DNA of 43,893 nt from a virus (Duplodnaviria > Heunggongvirae > Uroviricota > Caudoviricetes). The first letter of the stretch is position 1, and the number at the start of each line of letters is the position of its first letter. Positions 1 to 8,630 of the stretch are shown in pieces. The notes under the pieces were generated by a model that saw only the letters and a list, made by a program, of their open reading frames with translations, did no database searches and had not been told where the DNA came from. Where the stretch lies: positions 1 to 43,893 of the IMG/VR virus record IMGVR_UViG_2645727810_000025; one strand, 5' to 3'. The translations under genes and the position numbers were made by a program.

Positions 1-180
1 TTAATTTCTGGATTGTATAAATTCTCGCTGTAGTTCAACTGTCATTTGCAGTTCTTCGCATTTCTTATGCAAGACACTATTTTCCGTTTGCAGCCAGTTA
101 ACTTGCGCGCTTTTCTGCACAATCACAGCGCGCTGCTCTTCCAGTTGGCGGATTAACTCCGCCTCATTGAACATATTCAT
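1..180 (-). CDS. hypothetical small protein (59 aa), coiled-coil-like
   Basis: ATG at 180-178 overlaps the TGA of the upstream methylase gene (ATGA); stop TAA at 3-1; sequence MNMFNEAELIRQ...; no recognisable domain. Confidence 0.45.
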   Translation of the reverse strand: MNMFNEAELIRQLEEQRAVIVQKSAQVNWLQTENSVLHKKCEELQMTVELQREFIQSRN

Positions 181-824
181 GCTGCACGCTCCCGTCCCTG
201 GCTGTCTGATGGTGATAGCGGGGCGTTTTTGAATGCCTTCGCCATTCCTGAGATATCTAGTGCATAACCAGGTTGCAGTTGCACTGCCGGACCGTCGCAC
301 TGATTTCCCCATACATCGAAGCCATGCGACGACTGGCGGGCGAAAAGCTCAATGCGCGGCACATCGCCCAGCAGCTGCACCAGTTTCTCTCTGATCACGT
401 CCGGCTTGCGCGAGTTCTCCAGGCGCGGCGCCGTGACATGCTGGCAGATAGAGGCGTCCATTCGTGCAGGAAGTTTTCCGCGTACCGCAAAGAGTACGTC
501 TTCGCTATTCGCCCTGGTCATGTGGCCCATTCCGATCGCACTGTTTCCTTTGTGCTTATTCGTCTTGTGCCAGGTGAATCCCTTCATGGTCATCAGCTTG
601 AAGCCCCACGCCTCGACTACCTTCAGTGCCTCAACCGGCTGCGTCGGCACCCACCACATAGCCAGCAGGCAATCGTCGGCTGCCAGATCCCAAACCGGCA
701 GGCGGCAGATATCCAACACGTTCATTACTGGGTATTTAAACCCGGCACCGCGCTCGCCGTCGGCGGCTTTATCGCGGTAGACCCAAGGCGGATCAGCGTA
801 GATAAGTGTGTATTTAACGGTCAT
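177..824 (-). CDS. DNA N6-adenine methyltransferase (Dam/MT-A70-like)
   Basis: 215-aa ORF with the DPPW catalytic motif (IYADPPW) near the N-terminus; ATG with SD-like GAAGGCGGTG; 4-bp ATGA overlaps with both neighbours. Confidence 0.8.
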   Translation of the reverse strand: MTVKYTLIYADPPWVYRDKAADGERGAGFKYPVMNVLDICRLPVWDLAADDCLLAMWWVPTQPVEALKVVEAWGFKLMTMKGFTWHKTNKHKGNSAIGMGHMTRANSEDVLFAVRGKLPARMDASICQHVTAPRLENSRKPDVIREKLVQLLGDVPRIELFARQSSHGFDVWGNQCDGPAVQLQPGYALDISGMAKAFKNAPLSPSDSQGRERAA

Positions 825-1483
825 GCTGCACCGCCTTCAATGCGCTTAAACTCGATCACCCAGACCCACGGGTTGGAATAAAAGCTGCCAGCTCCGTTAA
901 CCTTGTCCCACCACGCTTTAAAGCCATGCATTTCCGGACATAATCCAACCGGAACGCCTGCGATCGCATAATGCTCTGCATGGTTGAAGGCGCGGCCTGC
1001 GACGGTATCGCAATGCTCTAGCATATCTCCAAGGTCATTCAGGAGGTTTGATTCATCGGCATTCTGAAGCCTCTCGACGCGAATTCCGGTTATCTCCAGG
1101 CTGATTCTGCTGGCGGCGCGAGGCATGACTGCGCCAGATTGTGGGCGTGTCCAGTCTCCCCACTCCGGATCACCATCTGCCCAATACCAGAAATCCGGGA
1201 CTTCATGAGGCACGGCGGAATCGAAGAAGTTAAATGCGTCGAGCCGTGAAAATGACTCTCTGACGTAAATAACATCGCCGACTGCACCGAATGGACATGG
1301 ATGCCAGTAATCGCACACATTTTCAGCATCCTCACTCCACGGCCACCGGCTACCGTCTTCACGTTCTGCAATTTCTGTAGCCCGAGTCTGACGCCATTTT
1401 ATGGGCCGACGAACCTGCGTCATGCTGCCATCAAGCAGGGCACGCACTTGGTGCTCGTTGAAAATCATTCCGCGCTCTTTCAT
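821..1483 (-). CDS. hypothetical phage protein (220 aa)
   Basis: Long ORF with ATG start, translationally coupled at both ends; Trp/Cys-rich; no confident family assignment from sequence alone. Confidence 0.6.
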   Translation of the reverse strand: MKERGMIFNEHQVRALLDGSMTQVRRPIKWRQTRATEIAEREDGSRWPWSEDAENVCDYWHPCPFGAVGDVIYVRESFSRLDAFNFFDSAVPHEVPDFWYWADGDPEWGDWTRPQSGAVMPRAASRISLEITGIRVERLQNADESNLLNDLGDMLEHCDTVAGRAFNHAEHYAIAGVPVGLCPEMHGFKAWWDKVNGAGSFYSNPWVWVIEFKRIEGGAA

Positions 1484-1638
1484 GCTGCAACCTTCTTATT
1501 ATTCATCAGCTCAGCAATGCGCTGAGCCTTTAATGGGTTTTTGATAACCTTTCTGCCTGGCACAATCCATCCGCAACGAAGAGATGAATAAACCAGCGTG
1601 ATGCTACCGACGCGGATATTGTCGTGAGGGTTAGTCAT
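1480..1638 (-). CDS. hypothetical small protein (52 aa)
   Basis: ATG at 1638 preceded by GGTGGTG SD-like; stop overlaps next start (ATGA); the track's alternative GTG start at 1677 would overlap the upstream gene. Confidence 0.4.
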   Translation of the reverse strand: MTNPHDNIRVGSITLVYSSLRCGWIVPGRKVIKNPLKAQRIAELMNNKKVAA

Positions 1639-1930
1639 ACACCACCCCGCGACATCCGATCCCTGCGTATTCACCACGGCGCAGGCCGTTACCTTTCGAT
1701 ATGCACTGATCGCGGCGTATCGCTATCCTTGCGCGTTCAACCTCACCGACTGCTGCATCCATGCACAGCAACCAAAGCCTGGCTGCAATGCGGAACTGGC
1801 CTTTCGATTCTCGCTCAACAGCGCGCTTTTCTACCTCCATCGCCGCAGGAGTTACGGCGACAACCTTTGAAGCCTGACGCTGAGACACATAGTTCAGGTG
1901 ATACTTTTCAAGACGGGTTAATTTGCTCAT
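1631..1930 (-). CDS. hypothetical protein (99 aa)
   Basis: ATG at 1930 chosen over the track's longer upstream start because it is coupled (ATGA) to the stop of an upstream small ORF. Confidence 0.5.
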   Translation of the reverse strand: MSKLTRLEKYHLNYVSQRQASKVVAVTPAAMEVEKRAVERESKGQFRIAARLWLLCMDAAVGEVERARIAIRRDQCISKGNGLRRGEYAGIGCRGVVYD

Positions 1931-2043
1931 CGGATCCAGCCTTCTATGAAAATTACCGCCAGCAGATACAGCCAGGCGGAAACAGAGGTCAGGAATAAGT
2001 ACCATCCTGACCATTTTTCCCAGTGCCTGATCAGCGCTGTCAT
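1927..2043 (-). CDS. candidate small hydrophobic membrane peptide (38 aa), below the ORF-track cutoff
   Basis: My own translation: MTALIRHWEKWSGWYLFLTSVSAWLYLLAVIFIEGWIR; ATG overlaps the AlpA-like stop (ATGA) and its TGA overlaps the next ATG (ATGA); one predicted TM helix. Confidence 0.35.
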   Translation of the reverse strand: MTALIRHWEKWSGWYLFLTSVSAWLYLLAVIFIEGWIR

Positions 2044-2288
2044 GCGGCGTTACTTACTGGGCGGTAAACGCGCTGATCAACCGGCGGCTTTTTTCCGGTG
2101 AACTCTGCGGGGCTGGTGGCCTGACGTTCATCAAGCCAGTTCTCAACCTCTTCAGCGTTCCATGCACAACGCTTATCAGTAATCCAGAATCGCTGCGGGA
2201 ACTCGCCATTGCGCTCCATGCGATCAATGGTGCTCATAGATACCGGCACCACTGCCATCAGTTCCTTTTTGCCAAATGCTCTTTTCAT
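2040..2288 (-). CDS. AlpA-family phage transcriptional regulator / excisionase-like HTH protein
   Basis: 82 aa; motif VVPVSMSTIDRMERNGEFPQRF typical of the AlpA (prophage CP4-57 regulatory) family; ATG with GAGAGG SD. Confidence 0.75.
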   Translation of the reverse strand: MKRAFGKKELMAVVPVSMSTIDRMERNGEFPQRFWITDKRCAWNAEEVENWLDERQATSPAEFTGKKPPVDQRVYRPVSNAA

Positions 2289-2334
2289 AATTACCTCTCT
2301 TGCATTTGCGACGCGCGCGGCGCCGCAGTGGTGG

Positions 2335-3216
2335 TTACATCGGTACTTCGTTCAGTTCGTCGCAGCGGATGGTGTAAACGTCAGTTGCTTTTGCCAGCAG
2401 GTCATCATCACCTGCCAGTTTCTGAGCAACGTATTTGTACGCTTTGTCCAGTTCGGCCTGAGTGTTGTAGTTCATCGCCGCTACGGAAAATGCGTGCAGA
2501 ATCTCTTCAGGGCCGCGATCATCTTTGTACTGCTGACGATCTTCCTGCTTCTGCTCAGGCTTTGAGTTGATCAGGCTGTTCATGCCCTGAGCCGTTGCCG
2601 CAGGTGGCGTGATGTCGCGCTCAACACGCGGTGTTGTCTCCTGCAGTTCGTCGGGTGTATAGACACCAAGAAGAACATCAGGGGCATGCAGGCGCGCCCA
2701 GCGCTTAACGCACAGATAAGCAAGTTGCTGACGTGGATCCTGTTCCCACAGTGGAGAGTTACGGACACCGGCCTGAGCCATGCTGATGGTAAGTTCACGC
2801 GGCTCTGCTTCGCCTTTCAGCACTGCCGATACTGTTACGGTCAGTGATGGTGACTTGTCGCTCTTGCCATTCACCTTTGACCAGTCGCCGTCCCAGCGGT
2901 AATTCAGGCGGGTTGAAAGCAGGTTTGAAGACGAAACGACGGCGTTAACAAGCTGCGCTTCATAGCCAAGAGTGCCGTTTACAACGTGCGTCTTCTGGGC
3001 CACAGCGAACGGGTTCATGCCCCACTGCGCCGCCTGCATGGTTACCGCCAGGCAGTCAGCAGGCTTTCCTGCCAGGTGCTGCGGAACGGTTGCTTTACTG
3101 TCTGCCATCAGGGTTGCGAAACGCACCAGGCGGTCCATACCCTCAGGACTGAAGATTGCCGCAGCGGTCCCTACGGTAGCGCCAGGCTGTGATGTGATTG
3201 CGATATCGTTGCTCAT
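2335..3216 (-). CDS. single-strand annealing recombinase, RecT/Red-beta (Bet) family
   Basis: 293 aa from ATG at 3216 (ATGA overlap with exonuclease stop); QWGMNPF segment resembles the lambda Bet QYGLNPW region; partner of the adjacent exonuclease. Confidence 0.65.
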   Translation of the reverse strand: MSNDIAITSQPGATVGTAAAIFSPEGMDRLVRFATLMADSKATVPQHLAGKPADCLAVTMQAAQWGMNPFAVAQKTHVVNGTLGYEAQLVNAVVSSSNLLSTRLNYRWDGDWSKVNGKSDKSPSLTVTVSAVLKGEAEPRELTISMAQAGVRNSPLWEQDPRQQLAYLCVKRWARLHAPDVLLGVYTPDELQETTPRVERDITPPAATAQGMNSLINSKPEQKQEDRQQYKDDRGPEEILHAFSVAAMNYNTQAELDKAYKYVAQKLAGDDDLLAKATDVYTIRCDELNEVPM

Positions 3217-4034
3217 ACGTACATATCCTGTTTTCTTGCCCATTCAGGGCGTTTAATAATTTCCACGCCACCCCATTCATCACTGATGCGGCACTCGTGA
3301 TAGGTGTTCAAATCCCGGCGGAATAACTGGTGCCCGGCGTCAACATCCAGCGCATCCAGTTCGAACACGCGGACCGGGTATCGACCGCAGTCGATGGTTT
3401 CGCTCACAGCCAGGAAGAAAAATCCGTGTGGCTGCCCAGTTACTTTCAGTGCGCCCTCTCTGTACATGGCGTCCTGCACGTGGTAGCGGAATTCCTCGAT
3501 GTGACGAGCAAAGCGATCCATGTCTGCAACCTTTTTCACGTCGACGATCACGTTGTGTTCATTCAGCCACTTATCAGGTCGTATTCGGCACAACTCGCCA
3601 GTCTCATCGTCATTCCAGTACATCGATGCTTCGCAGTGGCCTGGCGCTTCCAGCATCCAGCGCGCCGCCGGGTGAGCCATTGCGCTTTTGTGCATCAAAC
3701 CTAGCTTTCTCCAATCCTCATCAGGAATAGGTGTTATATCCATCCCATCTATTGATTCTTTGAATGCAGCTAATGCCACTTTTCCCTTCGTAGTTCGAAG
3801 ATCAACTTTCGGCTCTTTCACAAAACGCTTATCGAATTCATCCGGCTCAAGCAGCAGGCAGTGCAGCGCAGTACCCATGTCCAGTGCGGATTTCTTCTCT
3901 TCATCTTCCGGAGCAGCCTTCACCCATTTCAGAAGGGCAGGGTTCTTGGCCACCATATCCAGTTGTGACTTACTCACGCCGTCACCGGCGTGGTAGTCCT
4001 CGTTGCTGATGTCGTAATAGATGCCTGTATTCAT
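3213..4034 (-). CDS. phage exonuclease, PD-(D/E)XK family (RecE/exoVIII-like partner of the annealing protein)
   Basis: 273 aa; N-terminus MNTGIYYDISNEDYHAG is characteristic of phage PD-(D/E)XK recombination exonucleases; immediately upstream of the RecT/Bet-like gene. Confidence 0.65.
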   Translation of the reverse strand: MNTGIYYDISNEDYHAGDGVSKSQLDMVAKNPALLKWVKAAPEDEEKKSALDMGTALHCLLLEPDEFDKRFVKEPKVDLRTTKGKVALAAFKESIDGMDITPIPDEDWRKLGLMHKSAMAHPAARWMLEAPGHCEASMYWNDDETGELCRIRPDKWLNEHNVIVDVKKVADMDRFARHIEEFRYHVQDAMYREGALKVTGQPHGFFFLAVSETIDCGRYPVRVFELDALDVDAGHQLFRRDLNTYHECRISDEWGGVEIIKRPEWARKQDMYV

Positions 4035-4333
4035 GCCGCATTCCTTTTGCTGTCGATCTGGTCAGCAAGGTCAAGACGGGCGATGATGCCGGTCAGCTCG
4101 CGCTTAAATGTCGACACGACCTCTTCGAACTCGCAACTTTCACGCGCTGCGTCGATGATTTCTTTGCGTACCCCTGAGCGCAGCAGTGCTCGCTCGAATG
4201 ACTCTTCCATTTCGCAACCAGCAACTGCTTCGATCAGCTCAACGTGGCGGTCGTACAGTTCAGATGACAGCTGGTAGTCATTGCCGAACTGAGATGCTAT
4301 TTTTTTTAGGTTATTGAATTGCTTAATGTTCAT
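4031..4333 (-). CDS. hypothetical protein (100 aa)
   Basis: ATG (MNIKQF...) chosen inside the track ORF, whose first codon is TTG; stop overlaps the exonuclease start. Confidence 0.5.
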   Translation of the reverse strand: MNIKQFNNLKKIASQFGNDYQLSSELYDRHVELIEAVAGCEMEESFERALLRSGVRKEIIDAARESCEFEEVVSTFKRELTGIIARLDLADQIDSKRNAA

Positions 4334-4340
4334 AGTCACC

Positions 4341-5333
4341 TCAGTAGTTGATGGTCGTTGCGGGTACTTTCCCGCGAGCGATGGCGACAACACATTCCTT
4401 CGCCCAGTCATCAGGAATACCCTGGTCAATTAGCGCTTGAACCGCAGAAGCATTAATGGCACGACGGTGCTCTACATCAGCAGCGCGTGCTGCCGCTTCG
4501 TCAGCGATGCGTTTCTCTTCTGCCAGGCGTGCTGCTTCTTTCGCTTCGGCCTCGCGCTTAATTCGATCTGCTTCTTCCTGTGATTTGCGCTTCTCGGCTT
4601 CGATAGCTTCCTGCTTTTCACGCTCGGCACGATCAGCGGCTTCCTTCTTCTCTGCTTCAGCTTTTTGCTCTGTGGCAATGCGGTCACGCTCTGCTTGCTC
4701 TGCCTTGAGCTTTAATTCAGCCTCACGACGGGCAGATTCAGCGCGTTCACGCTCTATTTTCTCTTCAGCTTCACGCCTGGCCTTTTCTTCCGCCTGGCGC
4801 TTCAACTCTTCTTCATGAGCAATGCGCTGGCGCTCTGCTTCTTCTGCTTTCGCCTTCGCTTCTCGGTCGAATGCGTCGTTCATCAGCAGGGCCATCTCGT
4901 GATCCGCTTCGAACTTGGCAGCCCGCTCCTGATCGAACTTGATATTCATCTCCAGTGCTTCGGCGTGCAGCACATTCATGGCTTCTTCAGCCTTGATGCG
5001 TTCCTGCTCGGCCTCCCATTCGGTAAGTGGGCGGCGAACCTCATCGCGCATCTCATCGCAAGCTGATACAAATCGACGCAGTTCAGCCTCAGCAGGTTTG
5101 ACGGCTTCTTTCAGATGACGAAGGTAATCTCGACCAGGCTTTTCAACTGCTGTTTTACTGCGAGAAACCTGTGCTGCCAGAGATGCAATGCGGGCACGAC
5201 CTTTGGCAGTGCTCAGGTCAGGAACTTCGTTAACGCTTTCGCGGATCTGTTCGAGGAACTTTTCCAGACCGTTTTCTACGTAAATGCTTGGCGCCATATC
5301 TGGCGCAATTTCGATAATTGCTAATTCGCTCAC
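4341..5333 (-). CDS. charged coiled-coil protein with E/K/R/A-rich repeat core (330 aa)
   Basis: GTG start with GGGGG SD-like; about 150-aa low-complexity stretch (AEEAERQRIAHEEELKRQAEEKARREAEEK...) flanked by non-repetitive ends. Confidence 0.6.
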   Translation of the reverse strand: MSELAIIEIAPDMAPSIYVENGLEKFLEQIRESVNEVPDLSTAKGRARIASLAAQVSRSKTAVEKPGRDYLRHLKEAVKPAEAELRRFVSACDEMRDEVRRPLTEWEAEQERIKAEEAMNVLHAEALEMNIKFDQERAAKFEADHEMALLMNDAFDREAKAKAEEAERQRIAHEEELKRQAEEKARREAEEKIERERAESARREAELKLKAEQAERDRIATEQKAEAEKKEAADRAEREKQEAIEAEKRKSQEEADRIKREAEAKEAARLAEEKRIADEAAARAADVEHRRAINASAVQALIDQGIPDDWAKECVVAIARGKVPATTINY

Positions 5334-5479
5334 TTGCTAACCCCCATATCCATTTCCGTTTTTACCGCCAGCTTGCTGACGAATACCCAGTTCATGCCTT
5401 CACCCAGCGTGCGAAACTTCCAGCTCATCAGCCCGCAAGCTGTAACGCAGTACCAACCATTGATGACTTTCCACTGCAT
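5330..5479 (-). CDS. hypothetical small protein (49 aa), first gene of the leftward operon
   Basis: ATG at 5479 with GAGAGG SD just downstream of an operator-like site; the track's TTG start at 5611 would place two operator palindromes inside the coding region. Confidence 0.3.
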   Translation of the reverse strand: MQWKVINGWYCVTACGLMSWKFRTLGEGMNWVFVSKLAVKTEMDMGVSK

Positions 5480-5492
5480 ATGAACCTCTCTA

Positions 5493-5507
5493 TTACCATT
5501 TTGGTAA
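5493..5507. promoter_or_regulatory. operator-like palindrome TTACCATTTTGGTAA (OL-like site 1)
   Basis: Perfect 5+5 inverted repeat with 5-nt spacer, 14 nt upstream of the leftward operon start. Confidence 0.6.
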
Positions 5508-5568
5508 TACTTGAAGATGCAGGAAAGCCACGAAGTGGTGGTTTCTGCCTGAGCGACGCGCTCCTGTA

Positions 5569-5583
5569 TTACCTTTTGGGTAA
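5569..5583. promoter_or_regulatory. operator-like palindrome TTACCTTTTGGGTAA (OL-like site 2)
   Basis: Same TTACC-N5-GGTAA pattern, followed by TAATC. Confidence 0.55.
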
Positions 5584-5630
5584 TAATCAGATCAAAAAGT
5601 GATTGTGTCAATAGGTATGACGAGAAAAAA

Positions 5631-5645
5631 TTACCATTTTGGTAA
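5631..5645. promoter_or_regulatory. operator-like palindrome TTACCATTTTGGTAA (OL-like site 3)
   Basis: Same pattern; lies between the leftward operon and the 3' end of the repressor gene. Confidence 0.55.
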
Positions 5646-5703
5646 TTGCGTGAGGCGCGAGCTTACCGCCATCGGGCAGGTAAAGCGTCAGAATGGCGGG
5701 GGA

Positions 5704-6300
5704 TTACTTGCTTTTGTTCTGCTCAAACACGAAGTTGATGAATGAGGTGATCTTGTTCTTCTCTTCCTGTGGCAGAGCTGCATACATCCGGTGGTCGTAG
5801 TCGATAACACCAGGAGCGCCGACGGGAATAATCATCTCGTATGCTTCATGCCCGAACGCGCGCGCCAGGGAGGAAAGAACACCGATGGTCGTGCTGACTT
5901 CCGCTTTCATAATCCGGTTAACTGTGGCCGGGCCAATACCAGCTGCAACAGCAACTTTCTTTTCGGATGTCATTTCCGTGTTCTTTCTCATCCAGGCATT
6001 GAGCGTGGCTGCGGCCTGCTTCTCTACAGTCCATTCGCCATCTTCAGTGGCCGGAATAAAGATATCAGCCTGTACTGCGTCCAGTTCGTGATCGACATCA
6101 AGCCAGAACTTTTCTTTGCGCGCCGCTTCTTCAATGATACGCGCGGCATTCGGCCCGATGTTTTTGATGCCAGTGCACCACCGGTTGACCAGGTTCTGCG
6201 AACGCTTCACCCGCTCTGCAAAGCGCAACTGGGTGTCATCGAAATCCCGGCGAATGATTTCGTTAAGGTTTTTGCGTCTTATGTCATAAATACTTTTCAT
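5704..6300 (-). CDS. CI-like phage repressor with two Xre-type helix-turn-helix domains
   Basis: 198 aa; N-terminal HTH (TQLRFAERVKRSQNLVNRW...ARKEKFWLD) and a second HTH-like segment (AVAAGIGPATVNRIMKAEV); no S24 peptidase domain; divergent from the Cro-like gene with palindromic sites on both sides; no SD before the ATG. Confidence 0.7.
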   Translation of the reverse strand: MKSIYDIRRKNLNEIIRRDFDDTQLRFAERVKRSQNLVNRWCTGIKNIGPNAARIIEEAARKEKFWLDVDHELDAVQADIFIPATEDGEWTVEKQAAATLNAWMRKNTEMTSEKKVAVAAGIGPATVNRIMKAEVSTTIGVLSSLARAFGHEAYEMIIPVGAPGVIDYDHRMYAALPQEEKNKITSFINFVFEQNKSK

Positions 6301-6354
6301 AGCTATTGTATTTGTCCATTTAATGTTACCTAACTGACTAAATTTAAATGAATA

Positions 6355-6386
6355 TTACCATAAAGGTAAAGTTACCATAACGGTAA
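6355..6386. promoter_or_regulatory. two adjacent operator-like palindromes (TTACCATAAAGGTAA and TTACCATAACGGTAA), OR-like
   Basis: Tandem TTACC-N5-GGTAA sites with 17-bp centre spacing between the divergent repressor and Cro-like genes; second site followed by TAATCAT. Confidence 0.6.
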
Positions 6387-6401
6387 TAATCATTGATTTT
6401 T

Positions 6402-6416
6402 TCACCAGAAAGGTAA
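6402..6416. promoter_or_regulatory. degenerate operator-like site TCACCAGAAAGGTAA (OR-like site 3)
   Basis: One mismatch in the left half; followed by TAATTCA; 40 bp upstream of the Cro-like ATG. Confidence 0.4.
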
Positions 6417-6455
6417 TAATTCAGATATGAATAGACAGGCTGAGATAAGCAAAAT

Positions 6456-6689
6456 ATGAGTGACGAAAAAAAATTTGATTTCAAAAAGCACTGGCTGGAG
6501 CTGTCTCCTGTTGAGCGTGAAGCATTTGCAGATGAAGCCGGAACCACCAGTCATTACATCCAGACGCACCTGACCGGGCGCCGCAAGATGCCAGGTAAGC
6601 GACTGATGGACGGACTGTTTAAAGCATGTCGTTCCCGCGAATGGACAAAGTCAAAACCTGAATTAGTGCTCTTCTTCTACGACCGATAA
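6456..6689 (+). CDS. Cro/YdaS-like small DNA-binding protein
   Basis: 77 aa; position divergent from the repressor; segment TSHYIQTHLTGRRKMP resembles YdaS/Cro-type HTH proteins. Confidence 0.55.
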   Translation: MSDEKKFDFKKHWLELSPVEREAFADEAGTTSHYIQTHLTGRRKMPGKRLMDGLFKACRSREWTKSKPELVLFFYDR

Positions 6690-6837
6690 CTCTCCCTGAA
6701 CCCATCAATGCCGTCATCCCCTGGCGGCTCCTTCCTGCATAAAACACCTTTCTGGTAATAAAAAACCATATACGGTTGATCTTTTTTCGCCTTAGTGCAA
6801 AATTACCGATATCCATAACAAAAAGGAGGCACCTCCT

Positions 6838-7032
6838 GTGAAGATTGTCACCAGAATGGAGGCAGCAAAAGCTGGCCTTAATCGTTTTTATACCGGTAAA
6901 GAATGCCGAAATGGTCACCGTGCTGAGCGCTACGTTCTGAACGGAACGTGTGTTGAGTGCGCAATGAATAGTGCTCATCGTCACCGTGATGAGTTCGCTG
7001 CTGCGTTGAGGAACGCGCGGGAGGCAACATGA
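6838..7032 (+). CDS. hypothetical small Cys/His-rich protein (64 aa)
   Basis: GTG start 8 nt after a strong SD (AAAGGAGG); C-x5-H...C-x2-C pattern suggests metal binding; stop overlaps next ATG. Confidence 0.5.
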   Translation: MKIVTRMEAAKAGLNRFYTGKECRNGHRAERYVLNGTCVECAMNSAHRHRDEFAAALRNAREAT

Positions 7033-7703
7033 ATATCTATCAACGCATCAACGGATCTGACTGGCGCAATATTTGGGTGGTTGGCGATCTGCATGGTTGT
7101 TACACAAACCTGATGGGAAAGCTGGATGACCTTAAGTTCGACCCGGCACAAGACCTGCTTATCTCCGTGGGTGATCTTATCGACCGAGGAACTGAAAACG
7201 TTGAATGCCTGGAGCTTATTACTATGCCATGGTTCCGATCTGTACGTGGCAACCATGAACAGATGATGATTGATGGCCTGTCAGAGCATGGAAACGTCAA
7301 TCACTGGCTGGTAAATGGTGGTGGATGGTTCTTTTATCTCGACTACGAAAAAGAAGTGTTGGCTAAGGCGCTGGTTCACAAAGCTGCTGAGTTACCGCTA
7401 ATCATCGAACTGGTGACCAGCGACCGTAAAGTTGTCATCTGCCACGCTGACTACCCGCACAACGAATATGAGTTCGACAAGCCAGTGCCAGAGGAAATGG
7501 TCATCTGGAACAGAGAACGGATAGCCAATGCGCAAGACGGATATCATCACGAAATCATCGGCGCAGACCTTTTCATCTTTGGTCACACGCCTGCACGTCA
7601 GCCACTGAAATACTCCAACCAGATGTACATCGACACCGGCGCTGTGTTCTGTGGAAACCTGACATTATTACAGTTACAAGGCGAGGTGAATAATGGCCGG
7701 TGA
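7029..7703 (+). CDS. serine/threonine protein phosphatase (lambda PPase / calcineurin-like metallophosphatase)
   Basis: 224 aa with GDLHGC, GDLIDRG and GNHE metallophosphatase motifs; ATG with GGGAGG SD. Confidence 0.85.
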   Translation: MNIYQRINGSDWRNIWVVGDLHGCYTNLMGKLDDLKFDPAQDLLISVGDLIDRGTENVECLELITMPWFRSVRGNHEQMMIDGLSEHGNVNHWLVNGGGWFFYLDYEKEVLAKALVHKAAELPLIIELVTSDRKVVICHADYPHNEYEFDKPVPEEMVIWNRERIANAQDGYHHEIIGADLFIFGHTPARQPLKYSNQMYIDTGAVFCGNLTLLQLQGEVNNGR

Positions 7704-8508
7704 CTGGATCAAGATGCGTGCCGACCTGCACACGCACCCTAAAGTTGTCCGCATGGCGTCCGCATTGAAAGCGGACAGATTGCGGATAGTTGGCGGACTA
7801 CATTCCGCATGGTGTCTTTTCGATGTCCACTCTGTTGACGGTTTTCTTGACGGATACAGTGCGGAGACTCTCGACGACCTGATCGGCTTCCCCGGATTCG
7901 CGCGTGCAATGATGGCTGTCGGATGGCTGGAAGAAGAAGGCGAAAGCCTAGTAATGCCGCGCTTTGAAGCCCATAACGGGCAGTCTGCCAAGCGTCGAGC
8001 ACAGGACGCAGACAGGAAGAGAAATGTCCGCAAAGCGTCCGCATCAGAAGCGGACAAAAAGCGGACCAGAGAAGAGAAGAGAAGAGAAGATCTAAAAGAT
8101 AAAACCCCACACATAGGCGAAGCGAAAAATCAGCCTGTGGATAACTCCGGAGGTGGCAAACCAGATCCCCATGCAACAAATTCCGTGATTGATGGATATG
8201 TCCCACCAGGAGGTTCCGGTTCACTGGGTAAATTCACTATGCCGGATAGCTGGACGCCGGATCCTGATTTCACCAAACGAGCTGCGCTATGGGGAGTAAA
8301 CCTTAAAACCGATGTGACGCCATTTGAACTGGCAGATTTCATCACGTACTGGAAAGCCGAGGGCAAAGCATTCCATCACGACCAGTGGCAGCAGAAACTG
8401 GCGCGCAGTGTTCAACTGTCCAGGACAAAGCCAGCGAGAACGCAGCAGAGGGACGTTAACGCAGTACCAGAACCAGACAGCGAGATCCCTCCAGGCTTTC
8501 GCGGTTAA
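7693..8508 (+). CDS. replication protein with DnaT-like C-terminal domain
   Basis: 271 aa; C-terminus ([13 protein letters not shown]...[24 protein letters not shown]...[12 protein letters not shown]) closely parallels the C-terminus of E. coli primosomal protein DnaT as I recall it; ATG with GAGGTG SD. Confidence 0.6.
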   Translation: MAGDWIKMRADLHTHPKVVRMASALKADRLRIVGGLHSAWCLFDVHSVDGFLDGYSAETLDDLIGFPGFARAMMAVGWLEEEGESLVMPRFEAHNGQSAKRRAQDADRKRNVRKASASEADKKRTREEKRREDLKDKTPHIGEAKNQPVDNSGGGKPDPHATNSVIDGYVPPGGSGSLGKFTMPDSWTPDPDFTKRAALWGVNLKTDVTPFELADFITYWKAEGKAFHHDQWQQKLARSVQLSRTKPARTQQRDVNAVPEPDSEIPPGFRG

Positions 8509-8548
8509 CACCGGGAGCGCAGTAGCGCATTTTTTTACATCTAATGAA

Positions 8549-8563
8549 TTACCAAAAAGGTAA
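8549..8563. promoter_or_regulatory. operator-like palindrome TTACCAAAAAGGTAA
   Basis: TTACC-N5-GGTAA followed by TAAAAT, 67 bp upstream of the resolvase gene. Confidence 0.5.
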
Positions 8564-8610
8564 TAAAATATGCGCATTACTATTGAAATTAACTCATTTG
8601 TGGTTTTAAA

Positions 8611-8627
8611 TTACCTGGGGGGGGTAA
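8611..8627. promoter_or_regulatory. variant palindrome TTACC-N7-GGTAA (TTACCTGGGGGGGGTAA)
   Basis: Same half-sites with a 7-nt G-rich spacer immediately before the ATG at 8631; the G-run may double as the SD. Confidence 0.3.
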
Positions 8628-8630
8628 ATC

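Noticed and set aside
4456-4818. 120-aa Ser/Ala/Arg-rich ORF on the plus strand
   Set aside because: Antisense reading of the E/K/R/A-repeat region of the 4341-5333 gene; repeat-generated artefact.
5480-5611. Upstream extension of the 5330 ORF to the TTG at 5611 (93 aa)
   Set aside because: The extension would contain two operator-like palindromes and starts with TTG without an SD; the internal ATG at 5479 with GAGAGG is more plausible, though the gene itself remains low confidence.
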